A stretch of DNA of 64,000 bases, taken from the NCBI GenBank assembly GCA_025062295.1, contig JANXAJ010000004.1, positions 5,008 to 69,007 of the forward strand, read 5' to 3'. The notes under the pieces are model-generated. The model worked only from the letters and a program-made list of their open reading frames with translations, did no database searches and had not been told where the DNA came from. Both the position numbers and the translations under genes were made by a program. This stretch comes from Bacteroidia bacterium. Lineage in GTDB: Bacteria > Bacteroidota > Bacteroidia > SpSt-205. Shown in pieces: positions 48,530 to 57,802 of the stretch; position 1 is the stretch's first letter, and every line of letters begins with the position of its first letter.

Positions 48530-49310
48530 TCAGAGCTAATCTTTCCTCGTGCCTATAGTCGCGCCAACCAATAATTAGGGCACAGGGCAGATAATAATTG
48601 CCAGCGGGGAATTGCTTTTCTCGCATCCCGCTAACCACTACGGCTCGGGGAGGTACAAATCCCCGATAGATCTGGGGCTCCTCCCCCGTTACATCTATGA
48701 CTGGAGTACTGGCAGTGAGAATCGTACCAGCTCCTACTATTGCCCTCTCCCCCACTCGCACCCCCTCAACAATAATAGCCCGACTTCCAATAAAAGCCCC
48801 ATCTTCCACTATGACAGGGTGAGCTTGAGGGGGCTCCAAAACGCCTCCAATCCCAACGCCGCCACTCAAGTGGACACCCCGACCTATCTGAGCACACGAA
48901 CCAACAGTTGCCCACGTATCAATCATCGTTCCCTCTCCTACATAAGCCCCGATATTGACATATCCTGGCATGAGAATAACTCCCGGAGCAAGATAGCTGC
49001 CATATCGGGCCACCCCTGGAGGCACCACCCTTACTCCTGGTGGATAGGAGCGTTTAGGGGGAATCTTGTCTTTGAAGCGCAATTCGCCTGCCTGAATAGG
49101 CTGAGCCTCTCTCAATCTAAAATAAAGAAGAATAGCCTGCTTGACCCAAGGGATAGGCTGCCATGAACCATCTGGAAGAGGTACGGCACAGCGGAGTCGT
49201 CCTTCATCCAGCTCTGCGATCGCCCCCTCCACTGCCTCTCTATAAAGTCGCTCCGAAAGCCGCTGAGGCTCTTCCCATGCCGCTTCTATCAGTTCTTGTA
49301 GCGAGGCCAT
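48495..49310 (-). CDS. dapD: 2,3,4,5-tetrahydropyridine-2,6-dicarboxylate N-succinyltransferase
   Basis: 271 aa. DapD N-terminal helical domain plus left-handed beta-helix hexapeptide repeats (GAYVGEGTMIDTWATVGSCAQIGRGVHLSGGVGIGG). Confidence 0.9.
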   Translation of the reverse strand: MASLQELIEAAWEEPQRLSERLYREAVEGAIAELDEGRLRCAVPLPDGSWQPIPWVKQAILLYFRLREAQPIQAGELRFKDKIPPKRSYPPGVRVVPPGVARYGSYLAPGVILMPGYVNIGAYVGEGTMIDTWATVGSCAQIGRGVHLSGGVGIGGVLEPPQAHPVIVEDGAFIGSRAIIVEGVRVGERAIVGAGTILTASTPVIDVTGEEPQIYRGFVPPRAVVVSGMREKQFPAGNYYLPCALIIGWRDYRHEERLALNALLRDMDVPL

Positions 49311-49813
49311 CAGGTCAGCTTTAGGGTAGAGGCCTGAGAAGGGTCCAACTTTCCAGCCATAATCAATCGCATCTCTCGTCGGCGCAGTGCCCCCTCATAC
49401 TGGCGCTTCTCCTCTTCGGTCTCAGGCTCTACGGGAGGGACAGGAATCGGACATCCACTCTGGTCTATCGCTACGAAAGTGTAGTAGGCTTCATTTGAAA
49501 GTCGCTTTTCGTTAGTAGGTAGGCTCTGGGCATAAACTCGCAAATACACTTCCATCGACGTATGAAATGCCCGAGTTACATACGCCTCTATCGTGAGAAG
49601 CTCACCCACCCGAATTGCTGAACGAAAACTTACATAATCCACTGCGGCTGTTACGCATACCCTTTGAGAGTGCCTATAAGCAGCAATCGCTGCAGCAATA
49701 TCCATCCAGTACAAAAGCTGACCGCCCATCAGATTGCCTAAGGCATTTGCATGATTGGGAAAAACCATTTCTGTGAGAACAGTGTAGGAGGCGGAGGACG
49801 GTTTCGGATGCAT
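49310..49813 (-). CDS. Acyl-CoA thioesterase (hotdog fold, YciA/BFIT-like)
   Basis: TEMVFPNHANALGNLMGGQLLYWMDIAAAIAA is the typical motif. ATG 49813 is preferred because the first ATG (49828) lies upstream of the TATTTTTG box. Confidence 0.8.
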   Translation of the reverse strand: MHPKPSSASYTVLTEMVFPNHANALGNLMGGQLLYWMDIAAAIAAYRHSQRVCVTAAVDYVSFRSAIRVGELLTIEAYVTRAFHTSMEVYLRVYAQSLPTNEKRLSNEAYYTFVAIDQSGCPIPVPPVEPETEEEKRQYEGALRRREMRLIMAGKLDPSQASTLKLT

Positions 49814-49817
49814 GCGC

Positions 49818-49825
49818 CAAAAATA
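49818..49825 (-). promoter_or_regulatory. -7 promoter box TATTTTTG (thioesterase-dapD operon)
   Basis: Perfect TAnnTTTG, 4 nt before ATG 49813. Confidence 0.5.
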
Positions 49826-49945
49826 CATCCTCCTAATTTGACTTCAGTAAATGCCCTTTTCAGAAAGAAAGGATGCCTGCTTAGAGCACTACTCCCCTCT
49901 GAGTAAAGTAGCCTACCGAAGCTATCTCTCTCAAGCAAGCTGATG

Positions 49946-49953
49946 TACCTTTG
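49946..49953 (+). promoter_or_regulatory. -7 promoter box TACCTTTG (aroE)
   Basis: Perfect TAnnTTTG, 5 nt before ATG 49959. Confidence 0.55.
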
Positions 49954-49958
49954 AAAAG

Positions 49959-50741
49959 ATGAGACTCGGACTCCTCGCTGGGGAGGAGGTACTCTCTTTT
50001 TCCCCACTCTACTTTCGCCGCATCTATGGCCTACTCTATGAGAAGTACACTCCTCACGATCTTAAAAGTTTGCGGCAAGAGATTCTTCAAAAAAAATGGC
50101 TAGGTTTCAATGTAACAACGCCCTACAAAGAAGCGGTATTTTCTCTCCTTGATGAGGTCTCGGCGACAGCGGCAGCGATCCAAGCCGTCAATGTAGTCTC
50201 TATCTTACCCGATGGACGATGGATCGGTGAGAATACAGACTTCCAGGCAGCGCGTTATCTCCTGAGTGAAATGAGCGAAACTTACCCCGCATGGGAAAGG
50301 CTTATAGTCTGCGGAACTGGAGGAGCAGCTCGAGCCGTAGCTTATGCGCATGCCGAGCTTTTCCCTGACCTCCCCATTACTTTTCTCAGCCGATCCCCTG
50401 AAAGGAAGCTTCCCTTGAGCATTCCTGCTGAAGTGCAAGGCTATCCCTCAGTTCAGAGTGCAAATTTTGGAGAGAATATACTGCTCGTGCAAGCTACACC
50501 ATTGGGCATGTTCCCACGAGTATTTGAGCTTCCCCCCTTTCCACTTGAGTGCATAAAGTCAGGATGGATTGTGTGGGACCTCATCTACAATCCTCATCCA
50601 ACGCTCTTTTTAGCTCGGGCTCGAGATAGAGGTGCCCACATAGAAGGAGGACTTCGTTTCTTCCGCAAGCAGGCTGATTATGCCTTGAAGATGTGGTCGG
50701 AGGTCTGGAGAAGGTACTACAAGCAGCGGGCATTGGTTTAG
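49959..50741 (+). CDS. aroE: Shikimate dehydrogenase
   Basis: GFNVTTPYKEAV, NTDFQAA and the NADP motif GTGGAARAVAYA. Confidence 0.8.
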   Translation: MRLGLLAGEEVLSFSPLYFRRIYGLLYEKYTPHDLKSLRQEILQKKWLGFNVTTPYKEAVFSLLDEVSATAAAIQAVNVVSILPDGRWIGENTDFQAARYLLSEMSETYPAWERLIVCGTGGAARAVAYAHAELFPDLPITFLSRSPERKLPLSIPAEVQGYPSVQSANFGENILLVQATPLGMFPRVFELPPFPLECIKSGWIVWDLIYNPHPTLFLARARDRGAHIEGGLRFFRKQADYALKMWSEVWRRYYKQRALV

Positions 50742-52873
50742 CCCTTCTATTTGCACAGACTCCCTCTACCGAGGAGGGTTTTCTCATACCTACACGGGAT
50801 ACGATTTACATTCTTGTAGTTTTTGCAGAAGTGGATTATACGCTCTGCGGAGCTGATCCACATGAGCAGCAGTATGGACAGGTCTGGGGAAAGGATGAAC
50901 ATGGACATACGAAAGTTCCTGCGGATGCCGATTCTCTATTGGACCCCTCCTTGCCCCCGGGGACTGCGCCACGGGGCCTCATCACTCGCACCTATGTTGA
51001 AGCTTCCTTTGGACACTTAGTAATCTTAGGGGACTATCTGCCCGCAGTAGTTTCGGTTCCTTGTCATCGCCTTCCTTCAGGAGGTACATTTAGCCTGCAG
51101 CAAGAGATAGAACTTATAAGTGAAGCGCTTCAAGGACAGCCTTTCTCCACAGCACATGGGGTAAGCTGGCAGGCATTTGATCGATGGGTCCTTCTGCCTC
51201 AGCGCGCAGGACTGCCCAAGAGACGCACCCCGTCTCAACCCGATCCTACTTACCGCCCTCGTTTGGATATCCTTTTCGTCATTTGGCGCAACTTAGCCTA
51301 CCGACTGGATATTCAGAAGCCCCCTTTACCATGCAACTATGGGTTTGGACTATGGACCTGCAATACTTCTATGCCAATAGGTCCCTTCACAGGAGGGGTA
51401 GAGACTGCTTCTTCTTACACGACTTGCGGTACGGCTAAAGGAGCGGCTACTGGCTTCTTAGCAGAATTCTTCCACGGACTGTATGGCGGCAATCATTGGC
51501 ACACAGCAGGAGGAGCAGGATTTCACACCTTTCCTTTTCTTTCTATATGTCGAGGACTCAGCACCCAAGGAGGTCGTCCCATCTATGCCATCGGATATGA
51601 TCGATGGGTGATGGGATGGAAAGCTCCTAATAAGGCTTACCTCATCAGCGCTGTAGATGAAGAAGGACGGGAGGTATCAACGGATCTCAGACAGCCTTCT
51701 CGCCCAGAGACGCTACGAGTCTGGCTGAGAGATTTTCTTACTACTGGCGATGCCATACGCATTCGCCTTCCCTACACCGAAAAAGGTGGTCCCATGGTGA
51801 AGAATCAGTACCTGTGGCTGGAAAACCGTCGCTTCATAAGCAGCTCTGAGGTGTGGGGAAGTGAAGCTCTTACAAACTGTACTTCTAAGCCTCCCTCTCC
51901 CTTGCGAGGGTTCCCAGGCGTGTACGCCTACATTCAGGTCGGAAAGGACAAAAAAGAGGGGACAGATATTTACTCAGCCGATTTTAGTCATCCAAATGGA
52001 CTGGGCAGCTGGATATTTTGGCTTCCGGCTGAGGGGCGATATGACTTCATTGTACGAGAGACGCCAAAAGGATGGGCCATAGATAAGTCAGCCAGCTTGC
52101 CAAATCCCTTCTTAGGCATGCATGACTTTTATCTTGCGATGGACATTGATGGGGATGGAGTGATTCGCTCAGGGCAAGAATGGAAGGGATACGGCATTTT
52201 AGAATGGCGGGGAGACTCCGTCTGCGCTTCATGGTACAGCATGGGAGATGAATGGGATGCCTTCTCTCCTCGTCGGCTCTTGAGTATAGGGACGAATCCA
52301 GCTCCCACCCCTGTCTATACTCTCCGTTCGGAGGAAGGATACCGCCTGCCAGCCCCTATGCGACCTGCTACTTACGATAATCGCATCATCTGGTTGAGCG
52401 GACTATGCATTGAAATAGAAGAGGAAAGGTCAGATGGGGCCATCTTACTTCAAATACGGTGGAACGAAACACGGGTCCGAAACGCTACACGCTGGTGCGG
52501 GGATATTCGGCTTTTGCCTCACCCTTACGATAGTAGCGCTCCAGCTCTTCACCTCTTAGGAAAAGTCATTTTAGACCGAAGCTTGAGCCCTATATACTCC
52601 CACTCCCGAGAGTATGATACTTTGACAAAGCGATATTGGTTCAGTGACACGACACAACTTGTCATAGAGTCAGGAAGCCGCATGCACATAGAGCGGCAGG
52701 CTCGCCTTATTCTTCGCCGAGGAAGCCGCCTCATCATCAAGCCGGGGGCCATCGTAGAAGGCAAAGGTCAGATAGAAATAGAGCCCGGCTCTACTCTTAT
52801 ATGTCATCCTGAGGGGCTTTGCAAGGTCCGAGTCCGCTATCGCAGAAAACCTTATCGGTTGTTTTTGGAATAA
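50693..52873 (+). CDS. Large secreted hypothetical protein (orphan; possible novel hydrolase)
   Basis: 726-aa ORF with a GTG start inside the aroE 3' end. Signal-like AAGIGLALLFAQ. His-rich segment FFHGLYGGNHWHTAGGAGFHTF. No HEXXH and no T9SS CTD. Confidence 0.5.
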   Translation: MVGGLEKVLQAAGIGLALLFAQTPSTEEGFLIPTRDTIYILVVFAEVDYTLCGADPHEQQYGQVWGKDEHGHTKVPADADSLLDPSLPPGTAPRGLITRTYVEASFGHLVILGDYLPAVVSVPCHRLPSGGTFSLQQEIELISEALQGQPFSTAHGVSWQAFDRWVLLPQRAGLPKRRTPSQPDPTYRPRLDILFVIWRNLAYRLDIQKPPLPCNYGFGLWTCNTSMPIGPFTGGVETASSYTTCGTAKGAATGFLAEFFHGLYGGNHWHTAGGAGFHTFPFLSICRGLSTQGGRPIYAIGYDRWVMGWKAPNKAYLISAVDEEGREVSTDLRQPSRPETLRVWLRDFLTTGDAIRIRLPYTEKGGPMVKNQYLWLENRRFISSSEVWGSEALTNCTSKPPSPLRGFPGVYAYIQVGKDKKEGTDIYSADFSHPNGLGSWIFWLPAEGRYDFIVRETPKGWAIDKSASLPNPFLGMHDFYLAMDIDGDGVIRSGQEWKGYGILEWRGDSVCASWYSMGDEWDAFSPRRLLSIGTNPAPTPVYTLRSEEGYRLPAPMRPATYDNRIIWLSGLCIEIEEERSDGAILLQIRWNETRVRNATRWCGDIRLLPHPYDSSAPALHLLGKVILDRSLSPIYSHSREYDTLTKRYWFSDTTQLVIESGSRMHIERQARLILRRGSRLIIKPGAIVEGKGQIEIEPGSTLICHPEGLCKVRVRYRRKPYRLFLE

Positions 52874-52874
52874 G

Positions 52875-52882
52875 TATCTTTG
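52875..52882 (+). promoter_or_regulatory. -7 promoter box TATCTTTG (gatB)
   Basis: Perfect TAnnTTTG, 4 nt before GTG 52887. That start is fixed by N-terminal homology. Confidence 0.55.
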
Positions 52883-52886
52883 TTCT

Positions 52887-54317
52887 GTGCAGTATGAGAT
52901 GGTAGTAGGGCTGGAAGTTCATCTCCAGCTTCGAACTCACGCTAAGGTCTTCTCTCCTGAAGCAGTAACTTTTGGTGAGCGCCCAAATTCTTTCGTTTCA
53001 TGGGTCTCTTTAGGCTACCCTGGAACCCTTCCCGTACCCAATAAAGCGTGTATTGAAGCAGCTATTCGCCTCGGCTTAGCACTTGAGTGTGAGATAGCCC
53101 CAGTGTTTTTCTTCTCAAGGAAAAATTACTTCTATCCCGACCTCCCTAAAGGCTATCAAATCTCTCAGGAAGCCGCTCCCCTTGCCCGAAACGGAAAGAT
53201 ATGGCTATACCTTCCTGATGGAACCCGCTATCCTGTTCGAATAGAGCGGATTCAATTAGAAGAGGATACAGGAAAAAGCCTTCATGACCAAGACCCATTT
53301 GATACCTTACTGGACTTCAATCGGGCAGGGATTGGGTTAGTGGAGATTGTGAGTGAGCCAGATATTCGGACTCCTCAGCAAGCGATGGCCTACCTTGCCC
53401 ACATTCGCCGCCTGGTGCGCTTTCTGGGGATCTCAGATGGCAACATGGAAGAGGGAAGTCTACGCTGTGATGCGAATATCTCCATTCGCGGCATCGGAGA
53501 GAAAGAATATGGGACTCGCGTAGAGATTAAGAATTTGAACTCTATCTCAGCCTTAGGGAAAGCCTTGGAGTATGAATATCGTCGACAGGTAGCTTGTAGA
53601 GAGAGAGGGGAGACAATCCAGCGAGAGACACGCACATGGGATGGGGCCCAAACAGTACCTCTTCGGGAGAAGGAAACAGCAGAAGATTATCGGTACTTTC
53701 CTGAGCCAGACATTCCCCCTATACAAGTTAGCGAAACCTGGCTGAGACAGCTCCAAGCCTCCCTCCCAGAATTGCCAGATAAACTATTTGATCGGCTCCT
53801 GAATGAATATGGGCTGAGTGCTGACGATGCTGCGCTTCTGACCGAAGATCGTCCGTATGCGGAATACTTTCTGGCTCTTCTAAAAGAAGGGGTCTTACCC
53901 CGCAGCGCTGCCTCCTGGATGAATGGTCCTATTCGGGCTTACCTCAATGAAAGCGCTACCTCCATGGAGAGATTTCCACTCCCCCCGGCGAAGCTGGCCA
54001 AGTTAATACAACTCGTAGAGTCTCGTCAGATAAGCCTCAATGCGGCTCGAGAGCGCATTTTTCCCACTTTGCTATCCCAACCTATGTCTGAACCGCTGGA
54101 AATAGCCCAGCAGATGGACCTTCTTCTCCTTCAGGACGAAGAACTATTGGAGCAGTGGATAGCGGAGGTACTCTCAGAAAACCCAGATAAGGTAGAGACC
54201 TATCGCAAGGGCAAAACAGGCTTATTGGGGTTCTTTGTAGGTCAAGTGGTCCGACGCTCAGGCGGCAAAGCAGACCCCCGAGAGGTCCAGCGTCGTTTGG
54301 CAGAAAAGCTTGCCTGA
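52887..54317 (+). CDS. gatB: Asp-tRNA(Asn)/Glu-tRNA(Gln) amidotransferase subunit B
   Basis: The N-terminus MQYEMVVGLEVHLQL aligns with the canonical GatB start (e.g. MNFETVIGLEVHVEL). YPDLPKGYQISQ, NRAGIGLVEIVSEPD and the GatB_Yqey C-terminal domain are present. Confidence 0.95.
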   Translation: MQYEMVVGLEVHLQLRTHAKVFSPEAVTFGERPNSFVSWVSLGYPGTLPVPNKACIEAAIRLGLALECEIAPVFFFSRKNYFYPDLPKGYQISQEAAPLARNGKIWLYLPDGTRYPVRIERIQLEEDTGKSLHDQDPFDTLLDFNRAGIGLVEIVSEPDIRTPQQAMAYLAHIRRLVRFLGISDGNMEEGSLRCDANISIRGIGEKEYGTRVEIKNLNSISALGKALEYEYRRQVACRERGETIQRETRTWDGAQTVPLREKETAEDYRYFPEPDIPPIQVSETWLRQLQASLPELPDKLFDRLLNEYGLSADDAALLTEDRPYAEYFLALLKEGVLPRSAASWMNGPIRAYLNESATSMERFPLPPAKLAKLIQLVESRQISLNAARERIFPTLLSQPMSEPLEIAQQMDLLLLQDEELLEQWIAEVLSENPDKVETYRKGKTGLLGFFVGQVVRRSGGKADPREVQRRLAEKLA

Positions 54318-54320
54318 CCC

Positions 54321-56429
54321 ATGCAGGCATACCTTCAAGCGTTGAGCGACTTTTACCATCAAGTGTATTCCCCCGTGCGAGAGGATGGAATCCTCTGGCC
54401 TCGGTCCTTTGATGCCCTGCAGGAAAGGTTAGGCGAAGCTAATCTCGTCGCTCTGTCGCAGGTTTTCTCCAGAGACACCCTCCTTCTGTATCTTCGTAAA
54501 AGGCAGATCCCCCTGCTCTTAGTAAGAAGAGACTGGGAAGTTTTCTTCCTGGCTATTCCAGCTGAAAATCACACTTGGGATCTCTGGCGCAACGAGAGAT
54601 TTCTTGGACGCTTTGGAGCTGAGGAAGTCCTCCAGCGAGGGATTGGGGAAGATGCCTACACTTACACGATTGTTCCTCGGGGCTTTCGTCCCTCCCCCTT
54701 CACAAGTGAGGGAATAAAGCCTTGGAACCGATTGGCCCGCTTTTTCTCTGCTGAAGGGCGATTAGTTGCTTACATCTACTTATATGCCCTCGTCTCAGGG
54801 GGAGCTTCTCTCCTTGTGCCTGTTGTCATCCAAGCAATTTTTACTTACATCCAGACCCTTCAATGGGTAACAGGATTGACTACTCTCATCTTGTTAGCAG
54901 CTGCAGTGCTTATTGTAGCGGCTTTGGTGCGTATAGCACAATACATTCTGATTGAATATCTCCAGCGTCGCCTCTTTCTTCATTCAACCTTAGAGATCGT
55001 ACATCATGTACCTCGCTGGCTATACCCTGCGGTGATCCGAGAGAATCTGCCTGGGCTTATCAACCGCTACTTTGAAATATTCACTCTGGAGAAAAACCTA
55101 TCTAAGCTTCTTCTGGATGTACCCGCAGACCTTCTTACTATCACCTTCGGCATAATCCTCCTCTCTTTTTATGCTCCTTTTTTTGCCTTTTCTATTGTAC
55201 TTCTTACACTCTTAGTAGGTTCTATCCTCTATTCTTCCTTTCTCTCTACCTACAAGAAGAAAAAAGCGGTGTCCGATGAGAAGTACCGGATGGCTACCTG
55301 GCTAGAAGAACTGGCCCGAGCTCTTCTTACTTTCAAGGTGGCCGGCTTTCCTCCACTCCTGTATCGTCGGACTCAAGAGCTGGAAGAGCGATACCTCCGA
55401 GCTCGGAAGCATTACTTTAGCGCCCTCCTTACCCAGAAAGGCATACTCTACTTCTATCAGATAGGAATCGCCCTGATTATGCTTACAATGGGTGCCCTAC
55501 TGGTTATACAACAGCGGATTAGCTTGGGTCAGTTTGTAGCTTCTGAGCTTGTCCTCTTCCTCATCCTGAATGCTGTACAACACATAGTAAGCCACTTAGA
55601 ATCCATGTATGATACATTCGTTGGCATAGAAAAGTTGAGTCAGATCTTTGTACCTCCAACTGAGAAAATTTCTGGAATTACCCTCCCTCTCAAGCCCGCT
55701 TATAGCATAACCATACGAGACTTGACTTTTTCCCTTTCTAAGGAGGGAGGGGCAACTCGCCCGATCTTACAGGGTATTTCTCTGCAGATTCAGGCTGGCG
55801 AAAAGGTGTGCCTCACAGGACCGAGTGGAAGCGGCAAAACTACCCTCCTCACCCTCCTCTATGGACTCTATGAAGAATATACGGGAGAAGTGTATATAGA
55901 AGGAGTCAACCTCAGACAGATAGACCTTTTGACGCTCAGAGCCCGAATTGGGGATGCACTGGATGCAGGAGAGGTTATTGAGGCTACGGTATGGGAAAAT
56001 CTTACGTTGGGAGCCCCGCACTTGAGCTGGGAAGCGGTGATTGAAGTGTGCGAGAGACTCCAGCTCCGAGCTGTCATTGATAGTCTGCCTGAGGGCTTCT
56101 TTACGGTCCTCCCACCACAGGGAAGAGGAGTTCTAAGTGGATTGGATGTGCGGCGGCTTCTTGTCGCTCGTGCCATCTTAGTTCGCCCGTCCATCCTTTT
56201 CGTAGATGATATTTTCAGCGGCGTAGCCTGGACCCTCAAAGAGCCCATTTATCGATTTATCCTTGCTCCAGAAGCCCCCTATACTGCCGTCGTAGTCTCA
56301 CAAGATCCGCGAGTCATGCAGATGTGCGATCGTATTTTCCTTCTGGAAGAAGGATACTTGCGATACACGGGAAGCTACTCAGAGTATGCTGCATTCATGC
56401 AGCTTCATTATCCTTCTCTCCTACCATGA
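54321..56429 (+). CDS. ABC exporter with Cys-less C39-like N-terminal domain and non-canonical NBD
   Basis: ~150-aa N-terminal domain without any Cys, then a six-helix TMD and an NBD. Walker A GPSGSGKTT is intact. The Q-loop Q is replaced by D, the signature is LSGLD, Walker B is ILFVDD, and the H-loop H is replaced by Q (VVVSQD). Confidence 0.8.
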   Translation: MQAYLQALSDFYHQVYSPVREDGILWPRSFDALQERLGEANLVALSQVFSRDTLLLYLRKRQIPLLLVRRDWEVFFLAIPAENHTWDLWRNERFLGRFGAEEVLQRGIGEDAYTYTIVPRGFRPSPFTSEGIKPWNRLARFFSAEGRLVAYIYLYALVSGGASLLVPVVIQAIFTYIQTLQWVTGLTTLILLAAAVLIVAALVRIAQYILIEYLQRRLFLHSTLEIVHHVPRWLYPAVIRENLPGLINRYFEIFTLEKNLSKLLLDVPADLLTITFGIILLSFYAPFFAFSIVLLTLLVGSILYSSFLSTYKKKKAVSDEKYRMATWLEELARALLTFKVAGFPPLLYRRTQELEERYLRARKHYFSALLTQKGILYFYQIGIALIMLTMGALLVIQQRISLGQFVASELVLFLILNAVQHIVSHLESMYDTFVGIEKLSQIFVPPTEKISGITLPLKPAYSITIRDLTFSLSKEGGATRPILQGISLQIQAGEKVCLTGPSGSGKTTLLTLLYGLYEEYTGEVYIEGVNLRQIDLLTLRARIGDALDAGEVIEATVWENLTLGAPHLSWEAVIEVCERLQLRAVIDSLPEGFFTVLPPQGRGVLSGLDVRRLLVARAILVRPSILFVDDIFSGVAWTLKEPIYRFILAPEAPYTAVVVSQDPRVMQMCDRIFLLEEGYLRYTGSYSEYAAFMQLHYPSLLP

Positions 56430-57802
56430 AGCGATGGCAACTACTTATAAGCTTTGTTTCAGCTCGGGTAGATGAGGTGGGCTATGCAGTGGCCCAAACC
56501 GTTGAGCCACCTGCTTGGGTCCAGAGTGGATTGAAATGGTTGGGGATTATGGGATTAGTATTCTTTGGCTTTCTTTTTCTTCCGTGGACTCAAAATGTAA
56601 CAGGAGTAGGCTATGTGAGCTCGCTCTCGCCTGACGTGCGCCCACAGACGCTTCACTCAATGATTCCAGGACGGATAGTACGCTGGTATGTCCAAGAAGG
56701 ACAGCAAGTAGAAGCTGGAGATACCCTTCTGCTGATTGGAGAGATTAAGGATTACTATTTGGACCCTGAACTCCCTTTGCGTCTGAGAGAGCAGCTCCGA
56801 GCGAAAGAGGAAATAGCCGATGCTCAGCGGGAAAAGATAAAAGCACTTCGTCGTCAAATCACGGCTCTATTGGTGGGGCGAGATACAAACTTAGCTCGGG
56901 CTCAGAATGCCTTACTTCAAGCTCAACTCCGTTACAATGCCGATAGTGCCGCCTACAAGGCTGCTGAGATAGAATATTATCTTGCTCAAAACCAGTATAT
57001 TCGGCAAGAGAGCCTCTATACTCAGGGACTTCGGTCCTTGACGGAGCTCCAGATGCGGCAAATGCGCTTCCAGGAGGCTCAAGCGAAATTTATTGCAGCC
57101 CAGAATCGCCTGCGTGTCAGTGCAGCCGATGTAGAAAATGCTCGCCTTCAGCTGGGAAGCCTACAAGCAGATTATGCCGAGAAGATAGCAAAAGCTGAAG
57201 CTGACCTCCGAAGCACTGAAGCGTACCTCTATGACACAGAAGCTGCAATCGCCAAGCTCCGCAATGAAATAGCAAACGTAGAAGTGAGGCGAAGCTTCTA
57301 TGCAGTCATCGCTCCTCAGACAGGGTATGTCGTCAGAGCTACGAAGACAGGCGTCGGTGAAGTCATCAAGGAAGGAGAACCCTTAGCGGTATTTATGCCC
57401 GCCCACTATAGGCTAGCAGCAGAGGTATTTGTTCGTCCATTAGATGCAGCGCTGCTTCGCCCTGGAGCCAAAGTTCGTCTCCAATTTGACGGCTGGCCTG
57501 CATTTGTATTCTCAGGCTGGCCAGGAATCAGCTTTGGAACCTTTGGCGGAAGAATCTACACCATAGACTATGTTGATACAGGGAATGGACTCTTCCGCGT
57601 ACTCGTAGAACCTGATCCTGAGGACAGACCTTGGCCGAAATTCCTCCGGTTAGGCGGAGGGGTACGTGGCTGGTTTCTACTCAATAATGTACCTATATGG
57701 TACGAAATATGGCGCCAAATTAACGGCTTCCCACCAGACCTTGTCCCTCAGTTTTATAAGAATAAGCCCTTTTCCGCAAAAGCAGAAAACCAACAAAAGT
57801 AA
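56426..57802 (+). CDS. HlyD-family membrane fusion (periplasmic adaptor) protein
   Basis: N-terminal TM helix, a biotinyl-lipoyl-like motif (GRIVRWYVQEGQQVEAGDTLLLIGE), a long coiled-coil hairpin and a C-terminal beta-barrel. The ATG at 56426 overlaps the ABC stop (ATGA). Confidence 0.85.
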   Translation: MKRWQLLISFVSARVDEVGYAVAQTVEPPAWVQSGLKWLGIMGLVFFGFLFLPWTQNVTGVGYVSSLSPDVRPQTLHSMIPGRIVRWYVQEGQQVEAGDTLLLIGEIKDYYLDPELPLRLREQLRAKEEIADAQREKIKALRRQITALLVGRDTNLARAQNALLQAQLRYNADSAAYKAAEIEYYLAQNQYIRQESLYTQGLRSLTELQMRQMRFQEAQAKFIAAQNRLRVSAADVENARLQLGSLQADYAEKIAKAEADLRSTEAYLYDTEAAIAKLRNEIANVEVRRSFYAVIAPQTGYVVRATKTGVGEVIKEGEPLAVFMPAHYRLAAEVFVRPLDAALLRPGAKVRLQFDGWPAFVFSGWPGISFGTFGGRIYTIDYVDTGNGLFRVLVEPDPEDRPWPKFLRLGGGVRGWFLLNNVPIWYEIWRQINGFPPDLVPQFYKNKPFSAKAENQQK

